Shown here in pieces: positions 12,423 to 23,807 of a DNA stretch of 64,000 nucleotides. Position numbers and translations under genes: made by a program. The DNA is taken from NCBI GenBank assembly GCA_048128005.1, contig JBEUKZ010000016.1:434001-498000 (forward strand), written 5' to 3'. The notes beneath the pieces were generated by a model. It was not told the DNA's origin. It was given only the letters and a program-made list of their open reading frames with translations, and did not search any database. Positions within the stretch are counted from its first letter, which is position 1, and each line of letters starts with the position of its first letter. The stretch is from Veleropilina oligotropha (Eukaryota).

Positions 12423-14258
12423 ATTAAGATAAAAGTAAAGCAACCTACCTCCTGGCCATGGTCTAGCAACTTCATTCTTGACCGCAACCTTCCTCTTTCT
12501 CCCATATTACGAATGACAATCTTCATGTCTTTTTCAGTCAATCCCTTGAGGGCATTTTCTGAAGAAAATATTAAATAAATAATATAATATTATGAATATG
12601 TACTGCACCAATGAAGAAAACTGGTTATGCGGATGACTTTTTCAAGATTAGAAATACGCAATTATTTCCCTTGATAAAAAGGCGATAGGGTTACCTACAC
12701 AAACGCTCGAAGTATTTCATAAATACTGTCCACATGACAAAAAAACAACAAATATATATAATAGTATTACTAATAGGCCTATATATGCACCACCGAAGTC
12801 ACCAAATGCCTTTTTGTAAACAGTAGTGGCGATCGACGTACAAGTTAAAAAACGCAATTATCTCCCTTGATTAGCAAGCCGATTGATTACTTTCCACGAA
12901 AAAATCAACTATAGTTTTCATATTACACACCGAAGTCACTTTGCGACAGCCTATAGTGTTGTAAACAGGACTAGTACTAGTAATGTCGATCGATGTAATA
13001 GTTATTAATGTCTGCTTCAGTCGACGTTTGAACCGATAACCCCAAAATTCAACATGCCGAAAACTAACTAATAACATTCGAATTAAACGATATATTTACA
13101 CAGAACTGTTAAAATTAATAGTAATTAATTGAATACAAGCATATGTTACTTACCTTTTAATGAGTCAGGGTTGAAATCGTTTACATTTAACCATTGAGTA
13201 AAGTTCATCGCGAAAAGAAACTTCATATCAATCACTTTCAAGTTCAAGCAGACGATAAACAACGTGAGAACGAACCACTTTGCCGCATTATAAATGCGCG
13301 GTAAATAGTCCCGATATATTAGGTGAATAAACGTGTATATATCAAATTTTGTGACAAGAATATCGTAAAAAAGAATGAAATTAATACAGCCTTGTACATA
13401 GTAATATGTTCCGAGCTATGTTAGTGTATATTCTGCAATGTTATGATAGTGTATTAAAGACCATTTTCGCGCCGCGATGGATTTTGTCGGGACTACTTAA
13501 AGTTACACTGTCCCGATATTTGACAAACGGTTTATGGTATGAAATGACATTTTCCAAACGGAAGTGTGATTGTATATTGTGTGTTAGTAAATGTGAACCA
13601 GTAATATCCAAAAAAATAAGACGGTATTATGAAAGGTATGGTAAAGCAGATGAATACGATTCTTCTGGGGGGAGAAGAAATACCATATGATATCAACAGT
13701 CAAACGCAGCAGGAGTGAACCTAGTGAGTAGACAGACCCAAAACGCAATGATTGAGGGTAGTCGTAGGCCTATCATGACCGAGCGACTAGAGAGGGTGGT
13801 GATAATGGGACTAACTCGGACAGTAATCTTGTTCACAGTTTGAGAAATTGATTTTTAATAATAAAAAGGACCCAATTAATAATTATATGTAGGCCTAATC
13901 GGAATAACTAATGATCGAAATAAAGCATGGCCGTTGGCGTGGGGACTAGTCATTTCGGACATTTCTCAATAATAGGCACTTTAGTAATATAAATGGTGGA
14001 TGAATAATATATTATATATATATTATGCTTTTTATATTTTTTGACCACTGACCACGTGCACTAACAAAAGGTTTCAATGGAGTAATTTGCTCTTTGCAGA
14101 TTAGGGTACCTACTGTATATATGGAAATTGTATGTTGAAAAAATATAACTTCTCTTACTATGATACGCGAAATTAAATATACGCGAATTGGTCACATATA
14201 GTTGATATTCGCGAAATTAAGTATTCGTGAATTTTGTTGATTTACAGTATAATATATG

Positions 14259-16144
14259 TAGGCCTTGAAATTTCAAAATTCTGCGTAACCAGTTTATCGT
14301 TCACGCCATTTTCTCCTGCGTAACACGGCCATCGTTCGGTTGCGCAAACATATTTTTGCGTAATCCATTTTGTTATTGCTATCCAGTTGTATTGTATATT
14401 GTATTAAAGGCGGCGGTCACTATTATCTCGTGTAATTATGCGATTTTGCGAAAAAAACTTTCAGTATAAATATATTTTTCTTTAATGTACACTTCACATT
14501 TGTCATTTCTCATGACAAATGTACCATGCTTTGTAAACACGAATGGATGGAGACGCGTGTTCAATTTATTTGTGTAGATATAGCATTACCGAGGCTCTGT
14601 TATAAATGATAACTTCATACTGTTAATTCGAAAACCAGATGTGCTTAATAAATAATGATTTTTGGCGCTTAACTATTATTTTTTATAAACATTTAATCAA
14701 AAATGTGTCATGACCAACTAATTTGTCATTTGCGGCACGTGATGAGTTACTGTTTCATGTTCCTTCGATGTATCGACACAATACAAAAGGGAGATAATTT
14801 CAAACTGCCACCAGGGGGCAGACATGAAAATGACTGACAGGTGACAGGATTTCCCAGTCTCTGCAGAAATGGTTTAACTTTACAAACACGTGCGTTGTTA
14901 TTAACACATTTTATCAGATGCCACAGGAGAGGATTATTGATAAATAAGCAGATAGGTACCGGGTACTACTCTAGAATTGATTAAATAGCGTACATTTACC
15001 TTCATTTATAGTTAGGAATGTTCGTTAAAAGGGGAATTTACTAAATTTGTCAAGCTTATTTTGAGGTTTCATTAAAGATGCAGGATCTACTTCAGATCGC
15101 TAAAACGTATTTAAATGCTGTTCTATCTTACACTTTCTGCATTGATTTATTGCATATAGTTAGGACGCTTCAGCGATTACCACACACGGCAAAATTGTTT
15201 TTCACTTAGTAATAAATATTTGAAGTTTTTTTATTGAATTATGAGCGCGCGCTCATAATTCGAGCCGACTGTACACGATATTTGTACGGAAATGGACGAC
15301 GGCTTGGCGGAATCAACATGTCACTTAGTTCCGCCCTAAAATCACTCCCGCAATCTATTTATACCGGGTCATTTCTATGTCGTCCTTGTCTGAGTTTTGT
15401 TTATATCGGTTTCCATGGCGGATGTCGACAAAAGAAATAGAGGCAGGCCGCCGTTATCGACTGTGGCTGCTTCTGATTATAAAATGGATGTATGCAAAAA
15501 ATTTGAAATAACAAATAACGCGATCAATGAAAATTGGATGCGGCTACTTCAACTTGTAAACAAACAGTGAAGCACTTGAAACAGTGAATGCCCATTCCAT
15601 TACAATGTCGCGGTGCGCAATAGGCCTAATTAGTTGGTGAAATAATATTGTTATTATGTTATTATTGCTGCCATATACTACAATTATGAGAAACTAGCTA
15701 TATCTTCCAATGCAATACATCAATTTCAGCGAACTGCTAATACTAGTAAACACTGACCGAGATCCAACTCCAGCTCTGCACGTCAATCATATCGACGGGA
15801 CCACGTGACGTTTGACCCAATAACGATAAATGAGATTAGATGGCTTTCGGAGGGTGACACGCTCGAATAAAATACCACGTCGGCTGAAGCGATTATTAAA
15901 TGCCAGCAACACCTTTTGTTGCATTTTAACTTTTCCTTCGTCCTAAAAACATGTCATGTATGGATACCATATCATATTTATGGTTTTCTTTTATATGAAA
16001 TATCATACGAATGTAGATTCAGCATCTTTAAATTATATATAATTACGTATATTTTCGTGCGAACGGTTTTACGTTCGCGGGTATTTTGTTTTGCGTAACC
16101 GGTACGCGAACGAAACGATCGTTCTCGCCAATTTTCAAGACCTG
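14259..16144. mobile_element. Possible degenerate hAT-like non-autonomous element
   Basis: Ends taggccttgaaa / tttcaagacctg with shared subterminal tgcgtaacc/atcgttc motifs; no TSD found. Confidence 0.35.
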
Positions 16145-18543
16145 TTAATTATTATTAATTATACCAGGTAACAGTAACAGTAATACAGTAAATAAATAAA
16201 TAATAATAAATATTATTGTCTGTCATTGTATCTATATGAGATTGTGCAACATGAATAGGCCACCTCCATATATATGGCACATGTACGGATATATAGTGGG
16301 TTAGGCTAAACCACTGCTCCAAATTCACTTGTTACTCCACTGGTTCGGAATAGATTCCATCATGTTTACAGACGCTTCAGATATGTCCGTCACCGTAGTC
16401 CAATATAGCTGGTTGAGGTAGTCCAAATTTCATAGCTGGTTGACCCCAATATGACCGTATAGTTGTTAAATGGGTCAATAAATCCCAAATGAAAACAAGA
16501 AGAATTAATCATGATAAAAAAATTGTGTATTTTTGTTTTCATAAGTTTAACAAATCTTTCACTCAAAACAGGCCGTTTGGAATTCGACAGTCGTGTGGAT
16601 TCGGTTGTAGACTCCAAAAATAATTGGCTTGCCATTGATTCCAATGACATATTGGGTTAGAATGTCGGTTGGGACATCACGTGTACATGACATCATTTGT
16701 TCATTTATGCACACAGTTGTCTGTAACTTGTCGGATAGAGCTGGTTATCCTCCCATGATAATATTGACATGTCCTGCTTTGAACTTGATAGTTGTAAATA
16801 TACACGACATTAAGCATTGATCCTTTCCTTTTCTTTTCCACTCAAAACGTACAGTACACACTAGTATTTATAAAAAACAAGTTGTTGATACATAGATAGA
16901 ATCAAAATACACAGTTAATCAAATGATAAGTTGCCAGACTCCGTGTTCCAGTGGTTAAAGCATCTCCAAATCCACTTGCATGGACTGCGCAGGTGTGAAA
17001 TGAGTTCGACCGCACTTCAGATTTATTAGACGCGGGTAGCCCATTTATAGCTGACAAAGGTTGGGGAGTTTCACCATTATTCTCATCTTTCTTTCCACGA
17101 TAATACCGAAAGGTCTCAATATTATCATAGATGTTATCGGGGGGGGGGGGACGAAATCCGGCCCTGAAGCAAATGACAAAACTGTAATTTCCTTATCATA
17201 GCTAAGCCTATAGTACCGGTATGCCAATAATTGAATTTCCGAATGTATCATTATATATTTGAGTTAGTAACATTTTGTTGCAATTAACAATAACATGTCT
17301 ATTTAGTATCATAATTCTAAATGTAGCGGCCCGGCCCGGTAGTCGTCTGATATTGAGTAACGACTCTGAAATCACTGGCTCAATTGTGCTAACTAACAGG
17401 AGTGGCTGCGAATCTTGGCTGCGGCATTAGCATTCTTTGTTCAGTTACCAATCACAATTGTCAAAAACTGACTCGAGAAGGCGAGTTTCCCCAGGCCATC
17501 TTGTTTTAATTTCCTTCCGCAATAATATATATACATGTCCCGCCAGATATGGGAGCATTGACAGGTCTGAATTGTCAATTATCATGTCTTTAACCTGATG
17601 GTTGCGAATGATATACAGGGCATTAAACATGAATCCATGACCAAGCACACAATGTGGCATACACACATAACATATTTACCATGATGTTTATACCAGGTTG
17701 CATATAATGTCATGAATATACATGTACATGTATTTATAAATCAATATAAACAATACATTTATTTAGTTCGCTGAAGGACATTATATATTTTTGAATGTCT
17801 AGTTTCTGAAAATATATGAAGAATCCGAGATATATATTTTTCAACACCTGATTATATAATTGTTGGTCTTAAAATGTTAAATTAACTAGATTGTCTATGA
17901 AATCGTAGTTATTCAGTTCATGGCCATGAAATATGGCATTCTTTAATATCATATTGAAATATACATATGTACATGCAAGTACATGTATTTGTATATATAT
18001 TTGTTTATAATATTAATTTGTAAACATTAAAATATATTGTATATAAACCGAAGATGGAATTGCAATTCATGCTTTTGAAATTATATATTAATGACCATGA
18101 ATTGGTTTCATGGTGTAAATAAATCCTGCTTCTCAAATTGATGGTCATTAATTATTTGTTTAATTTTGCATTTCGTCAAAATATTGAATTTGTAGATATG
18201 TTTATAATTTCATGGCATTGAAACTACATGTTAATGACCATGAAATAGTTTCATGGTCTAAAATTTCTTCTTCTCAATTTCATGGTCATTAATTTTTTTT
18301 TTTAATGCTGCTGATAACGACAATTCAGTACCACATGAAATTATTTTCATGGCATATCTGTTGGTTCTTGCATTTTTACAGTAAAATTCATGACAATTTC
18401 AGTATAATTTATGAGTTAATTCAGCTTTCTCCGAATATGTAGATTATAAATTCATGGCCCTGATTTTGGTATTCAGTACTGATTCATGGAAAATTCATGC
18501 ATTTTTCATGACTTTTTCATGGCATTTGCATCCAGTAGTGGAT

Positions 18544-20631
18544 ATCGGGACCGGGTTTGCTGAGGTCGTGGAATGGGAGTTCGCACAAGACATCCACCCC
18601 GTCATTGTAGCATGGTTCGGAAAGCACTTTGCAGAGAATGGCTGGGCACCCACCCCGCTGCTCGCCTTCCTCGTAGACTCTGGACTGCTAAAAAGCCTCA
18701 AGATCCGAGAGGCCATCATCGCATTCAAAAAGCAGACCGATGTCTGGCTTCCTCCGGATCGTGACCAGGGCTGCAGTATCATCGGCAAATTCACCCAAGG
18801 CGCCAAAGCTGACGGAAAGCGATTGACTCGTAGACTGGTGACCGACCAGGGTGAGCTCGACTTCCTCGTAAGAGACACCCGCCAAAGCGGCACCCTGGTT
18901 GGCGCTCCTCAGAGATGCCCTATGGGGCACATCCTCACGTACTATGATGGCTCCCAGCCTCAGTACGCCCACCTGAGGGCGTCCATGTTGGCCTATGCCC
19001 ACATAAACCTCTTGAGCATGCTTCAGCGTTTCAGTGCAGCAGAAGCCGTCCGAGTAGCCACTGACAGCATCTACCTCAAGAAGGCCTCGTTGGAGAAGCT
19101 CGACGATGTCACGGTGTACGTTGCCCCCAGACTCTGCGGCTGTGGCGAGAAATCGTGCATCTCATGTCTGATCGCGGAGCCGTACCTTCCGCCAGTAGCA
19201 CCAGCCCAGTGGCGTGACAAGGGCGAACAGCTGTATATGCCACAGGAACATGCCGCATACCTACCCAAGCCAGAGTATTGTTGTGCCGCCAATTCCAGCC
19301 AGCCGAGCACCGCGCCATGCTACAATGACACACTGACCCACCATCGCCTGAGTTACCTCAACGGTGGAGGGGGCTGTGGCAAGACTACGAGAGCGATCGA
19401 GCTCTTTCGGGCAAGGAATCCCGTCGTGTTCACACCAACCCACCGCCTCGCTAAAGAGATGCGGACCAGAGGCGTCAAAGCCCAGACCTACCACAGCTTC
19501 TTCCGATGGAGCGGCCAGAATGACTGGACGCCTGACCGCATGGGTCAGAAGTTCATCCCGCGCGTCATTATCTGGGACGAGGTCTGTACTGTTCCCCGGG
19601 CTATTCTAGAGATGTTCTTGGACTGGCTGGGCCGCCACGAAGTGCAGGTTATCTGCTGTGGTGATCAAGGCCAGCCACCACCGATTACGGGCGAGATGCC
19701 GCACGATTGGCTGCGAAAGACCGCGGACTACTATGAAGAGATCGAAGTAGACTACAGGGCGAAAGACGACCCTGCCCTCCAAGCCCTGAAAAGACGTATC
19801 CGTCTCCAGCCCGACAAAGTCCAGTGCGACGAGATGCGACGGACCCTCCCCAGCTGCCTCGGATGGGACCGGTTCGTCAACACCTGGAAGCCAGGCGACC
19901 TAATCCTCACAAGCCGTCAGAAGGTCCGCGAACGGGCTCAAGAGCTGTTGCTCCAGAGGCACAAGGAGCACTTCCCAGACTCCATGGTGCCTATCCTGTA
20001 CCACCCCAGGGACAGCAGAAAACAGAACATCATGGTAACCATTCCGGGCACCAGCGACAGAGAGGAGCTAGTTCTGAACGACGTCGTCGAGGTCACCATT
20101 GAGGCCGCTGAGCGGGCTATCCTGACCCCGGATTGGCGCCTGGGCTATGCCCTGACCATCCATTCGAGCCAGGGTCTTACGATTCACGACCCACAGAAAG
20201 TCTGGATCATCGACGACTACCTTCAGTGGAGTAATCTCGCCTACCTAGCCGTGTCCCGGGTGGAGCTGCTGCGTCAGCTCGAACGGGTAACCTGTCCGCC
20301 GGATGAGGGTTCTGAGGACAGGCCCCCCCAAACCGAGCAACAGCTCCGAAAGACCATCCAGAAAAAGCTTGTGGCGTACAAACGCCAGGACCAGGCAACG
20401 GGACTCCCGGGGTTTAACCTCAAGGTCGACGACATCCTGCGGCTCAGAGAGGCCCAAAACAACCGCTGCGCAGCATGCAACATAGAGCTGCTCTGGGCAT
20501 ATTCCCCGAAGGACACACAGCAGTTCAGTGTCGACCGTGTGGACAACAGCAGGGGCCACACCCGCGACAACGTGCGCTTAACGTGTCTGGAATGTAACCG
20601 GAAACGAGGATTTGCGGTTGTTAACGCCTGA
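18544..20631 (+). pseudogene. 3' part of the interrupted replication polyprotein: PolB palm (divergent), SF1B (RecD/Pif1-like) helicase, C-terminal HNH-type nuclease
   Basis: GCSIIGKFTQG (motif-B-like); RVATDSIYL (motif-C-like); helicase motifs GGGGCGKTT, IIWDEV, CGDQGQPPP, GYALTIHSSQGLT, YLAVSR; CAAC...SVDRVDNSRGHTRDNVRLTCLECN. Confidence 0.9.
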
Positions 20632-21625
20632 GAACCGGCGGCAGCTGGGTATCACGAGGCACCACGAGAAGTTCCTCACGAACGAAGCCACGCGGTGGTC
20701 CATCCAGCAAGTAGTAGAGCACAGGCTCGTCAGGCTTAGTGACGGAGCGTCCAAGCCTGTAAACTTTTAGAGACCACACCGGGTCAGTAGCACGGCGATG
20801 ACCCCCCTCCAGCTCACCATCGTAGTAAAGGTAGCGAACATCTACGTCAGAGGGGAGTTTCTGTTCCTTCCCCTGTCGGCCTGGAACAGTGGCGCCTGGC
20901 TTTTGGGCAACGCGAGGTGCCTTGATGGCGTCCTTGGGCTTTTTACCGGTCAGCCTGGTCACTTCCCCATTCAAGGCCGCAACTACAGCTGCTAACCGGG
21001 CGACCCACTCAGTTGACCTTTGACCCTCTTTCGCAGACTCTGCAAACCGCATCTCTGTTGCATACTGGTGCCCGAAGAGCCGCTCAGCGAGCGTCCGGTT
21101 GAAGCGCTCCACAATGCCCTGATCGCGATGGATATCCACACGGCCACGCCTAACCTCGACGTTATTCTTTGCCAGCAGCTGGGAAACCGCGCCCATAAAC
21201 TCTCGCCCTGGATCGACTTGAAGCAGTTTCGGCCAGCCAAGAGGACTCCGCCTGTAGATTCGGGCTAGTGCTTCAGCAACCCCTTTGGCCTCTTTTGTGA
21301 CCAGAGGCTCAGCCTCTTTAAAGCGACTGGCCACATCAACCACAGTCAAAGCGTACTTATAGGTCTTGTGTCTGACCTTGTCATGGGGGAGAAACAGGAG
21401 GTCGGCTTGGTGAACCTCGTTTGGCGTTACGACGTCGAATTTTGGTCTTGGAATCCGCCGTGGCGCAGGTAAATAGATCTGCCATATAGCCTGCCTCTTA
21501 AGCCATGTCCGGGCCTCCACTTCAGACGCCTTGGCAGCGTCAGCTAGTTTCTTTATCGCGGCAATGCCTTTCCAGTAGCCCTTAGGGCTGTAGTACATCC
21601 TCGCAAGCTTACTATCCATCAGCAA
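20621..21625 (-). CDS. Retroviral-like (Polinton c-int type) DDE integrase, 334 aa
   Basis: HQADLLFL, LTVVDVASRF, LQVDPGREF and GIVERFNRTL give an intact D-D-E triad. Confidence 0.95.
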   Translation of the reverse strand: MLMDSKLARMYYSPKGYWKGIAAIKKLADAAKASEVEARTWLKRQAIWQIYLPAPRRIPRPKFDVVTPNEVHQADLLFLPHDKVRHKTYKYALTVVDVASRFKEAEPLVTKEAKGVAEALARIYRRSPLGWPKLLQVDPGREFMGAVSQLLAKNNVEVRRGRVDIHRDQGIVERFNRTLAERLFGHQYATEMRFAESAKEGQRSTEWVARLAAVVAALNGEVTRLTGKKPKDAIKAPRVAQKPGATVPGRQGKEQKLPSDVDVRYLYYDGELEGGHRRATDPVWSLKVYRLGRSVTKPDEPVLYYLLDGPPRGFVREELLVVPRDTQLPPVLRR

Positions 21626-21833
21626 TGTATTCCAGTAAACTGATCAGTCTCCAACAGGCTTCAGCTTCCGGAGCCGGTCGCTGCGCAGTCGTCGCCCGTA
21701 GGTTGGTCGGGCCCGAGAGCACCAGGACCGCGAACCGCACCATAGTCTTTTCGTCGCGGCGCCAGCAGTCGAGTAACGTAGTACTATAGCCGACCGCAAG
21801 CATAGCGCAGTACAGCTCTTCTGGGAGCCCCAT
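21612..21833 (-). CDS. Hypothetical viral protein, ~73 aa
   Basis: ATG at 21833 fills the gap between neighbours; the stop overlaps the integrase start. Confidence 0.4.
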   Translation of the reverse strand: MGLPEELYCAMLAVGYSTTLLDCWRRDEKTMVRFAVLVLSGPTNLRATTAQRPAPEAEACWRLISLLEYIADG

Positions 21834-21873
21834 TACTATACATGCCAACGAAAAAAATGTCCACTGGAAATAA

Positions 21874-22302
21874 TTAGGCGAGCTTGTAGGCGACCAACCC
21901 GGTCGCAGCCATCCCCAGGATGATGAAGGTGATCTCACGTCCCTTCTGGCCATCGCTCGGTGTGTAGTAGTCAGACAGGGCGGGCTCAGGGCCACCCCCC
22001 AGGTCGGGGTCAAGGTTCTTGCCGGTGATCAATGCATACTCACGGATCGCGGCGTCAACATCCCGGAATGTGCCAACGGCATGACCCTGGCGGCGAAGTT
22101 CAACGTTCAGCCAGTCGAGACGCTCTGCCCTCTGTTGTGACCATTTAGTCTGAGCAGCGTTGAGCTGTTCTACAGCAATGTCGTGGCGTTTACGCTCCGC
22201 ATCGACACCGGAGCTGCGTAGCTTCGAGAAGAGGAAGTTGGAGCCGCTGAAGGCGAGGGCGTTGACGAGAGCGCCCCCAACCAGCATCGCAATGGAAGCC
22301 AT
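21874..22302 (-). CDS. Viral membrane protein, ~142 aa (hydrophobic N-terminus, coiled coil, C-terminal TM)
   Basis: MASIAMLVGGALVNALAFSGSNFLF ... ITFIILGMAATGLVAYKLA. Confidence 0.75.
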   Translation of the reverse strand: MASIAMLVGGALVNALAFSGSNFLFSKLRSSGVDAERKRHDIAVEQLNAAQTKWSQQRAERLDWLNVELRRQGHAVGTFRDVDAAIREYALITGKNLDPDLGGGPEPALSDYYTPSDGQKGREITFIILGMAATGLVAYKLA

Positions 22303-22333
22303 TGAAATGCTGCGATTATCTAGCAAGGTCCCA

Positions 22334-22573
22334 CTACTTCAATATATCGGCCGGAATGATGCCTTGCTTGATCAGCATGTCTTTCGTCGCCATGGCGAGC
22401 GATACGTCGAGGACGACCATCCCGACATCGTACCCCGTGAAGTCCAGTTTGGGGCTCGCTCCCTTGAATACCATCTTTGTCAGGCGTGCGTAGCCTATGG
22501 CGAGGCCTGACACTATAGCGGCGTGGTATACAGCGTTGCCGAGCATCTTTCCATCAGTGATTGGGGTAGTCAT
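22334..22573 (-). CDS. Small hydrophobic viral protein, 79 aa
   Basis: ATG-initiated ORF packed in tandem with its neighbours; two hydrophobic stretches. Confidence 0.7.
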   Translation of the reverse strand: MTTPITDGKMLGNAVYHAAIVSGLAIGYARLTKMVFKGASPKLDFTGYDVGMVVLDVSLAMATKDMLIKQGIIPADILK

Positions 22574-22598
22574 AACTGTTGATTAGTACCGTTTGCGA

Positions 22599-23090
22599 CT
22601 ATTGCATATGAAAAGGGTTCTGCTTCTTCAATTCGATAGTGGGGGCGGCCCGAGAGCACCGAGCGTCCGCGTCTGGTGGCTGTTGATGTGGCGTGGATGG
22701 ACCAGGGTTGCTGCGTTCTGAGGACGTCTTCCAGACAACAAATACCAACGCAACCGTACCGGCAGCGACGGCTACCTGGGTCCAATTAAATGGGTCCGAT
22801 TTCCGTGTATCTGGCGCACACGGTCTTTCTGCGGCTGGAACCGCCTCCCCGGGCTGTTCTGATGGAACGACAACACTTGTTGGGGCACTCAGGTCTTCTT
22901 TCATTTTTCGAACCGCGGCCAGTAGCTTCTCCTGCTTGGCTTTTCGAGCAGCAGCGCCGGCCCGACCTGCAGCCACTTTTTTCGGGTCCTTTTTACTCAC
23001 TGATGAGTCAGTCGAAGAAGTCACCCTCTCTATCGGCTGGCTCTCGATCGGCTGTCTCTCGATCACTTGGTCCACTTCCGGCGTTGTCAT
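22599..23090 (-). CDS. Viral protein with a basic KKDPKKVAAGRAGAAARKAK segment and one TM helix (start 23090 or 23120)
   Basis: Basic Ala/Lys-rich tract followed by WTQVAVAAGTVALVFVVWK. Confidence 0.7.
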   Translation of the reverse strand: MTTPEVDQVIERQPIESQPIERVTSSTDSSVSKKDPKKVAAGRAGAAARKAKQEKLLAAVRKMKEDLSAPTSVVVPSEQPGEAVPAAERPCAPDTRKSDPFNWTQVAVAAGTVALVFVVWKTSSERSNPGPSTPHQQPPDADARCSRAAPTIELKKQNPFHMQ

Positions 23091-23754
23091 CTTGATCTGG
23101 TATCTTAGGCGGGCAAACATGTCCAAATTGGCAGTGCTTAGCCGTGGTCAACGCTGCGGTCAGCGGTGCGAGGTACATGCCATATTTATAATACAGCTCA
23201 CAGCTTGCAGTGGTCAGGGCATGTGAGATGAACGGGTCGGCCTCCAGGTCGGCGATCAGTCGTAGCTGGTTTGCTGGTGGAATGGGCAGGAACATCCCAG
23301 CTGCACCCGCATACAGCTGTATAGCAGCGGCCCCGAGGGTCTTCGTCATGTCAGCACCTAGCTTCGCTTCATACCGTGCGTGGTGTTTCTCAACCTCGTC
23401 GTCAGTCATATCGTCGATTCGGTCCACTGTGAGGTTACGCCCCATGTATCGGTGGGCCTGTCCTCCAACGGCTAATGCTGCAAGCCTCTCCCGTTTCTTT
23501 GCCATCCCTATGGAGCCAGTTTCAGGTTCCTCGTGCTGCGAGCAGCGTTTGGTCGTCGAGCGGGGTGAGCTGCTGCTCACGGTCATTTCTTCCTCGTCAT
23601 CCATGAGTTGATCGATGAGGCTGTCCATCCTTAAGCGTTTCCAACATCTCCTCGCCAGTCTAATATAGCGATAATGCCAATACCACAACGTTACGAGTAG
23701 CAACAAGATCAGGCTCTGGCTGAAAGCAAAAGCTATGTATACCGCGTCCGACAT
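23008..23754 (-). CDS. Hypothetical viral protein, up to 248 aa, N-terminal hydrophobic segment
   Basis: Long ORF in the minus-strand viral gene run; AVYIAFAFSQSLILLLLVTLWYW. Confidence 0.7.
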   Translation of the reverse strand: MSDAVYIAFAFSQSLILLLLVTLWYWHYRYIRLARRCWKRLRMDSLIDQLMDDEEEMTVSSSSPRSTTKRCSQHEEPETGSIGMAKKRERLAALAVGGQAHRYMGRNLTVDRIDDMTDDEVEKHHARYEAKLGADMTKTLGAAAIQLYAGAAGMFLPIPPANQLRLIADLEADPFISHALTTASCELYYKYGMYLAPLTAALTTAKHCQFGHVCPPKIPDQDDNAGSGPSDRETADREPADREGDFFD

Positions 23755-23807
23755 GCCTAGCTAGCTAAGTAGCTGCTAAGTAGATGTTAGGGCTAGCCAA
23801 GTAGCTG

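Larger units (their letters stand above)
8539..13208 (-). pseudogene. Putative spliced cargo/accessory gene of the CACTA element with an N-terminal SAM-like region; candidate exons 13208-13154, 12558-12445, ~11231-11131, 10159-8539 (last exon interrupted by a MITE)
   Basis: GT-AG junctions join in frame to MNFTQWLNVNDFNPDSLK/ENALKGLTEKDMKIVIRNMGERGRLRSRMKLL. Removing the MITE extends the 324-aa ORF upstream to a ttttcag acceptor. Exon 3 and the exon-2 donor are tentative. Confidence 0.5.
6394..18540. mobile_element. CACTA/EnSpm-type DNA transposon, 12,147 bp, no recognisable transposase (probably non-autonomous)
   Basis: Starts CACTACTGCATGCA and ends TGCATCCAGTAGTG; 3-bp TSD GAT (6391-6393, 18541-18543); dense CATGAA/TTCATG subterminal repeats at both ends; AT-rich. 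Confidence 0.92.

Noticed and set aside
6394..18540. Giant intron in the viral polymerase gene
   Set aside because: Ends are CACTAC...GTAGTG with a GAT duplication, not GT...AG; this is a transposon insertion.
18454..18543. N-terminus of the 725-aa ORF (and the last 7 aa of the 595-aa ORF)
   Set aside because: These residues are read from CACTA terminal sequence and are not part of the viral protein.
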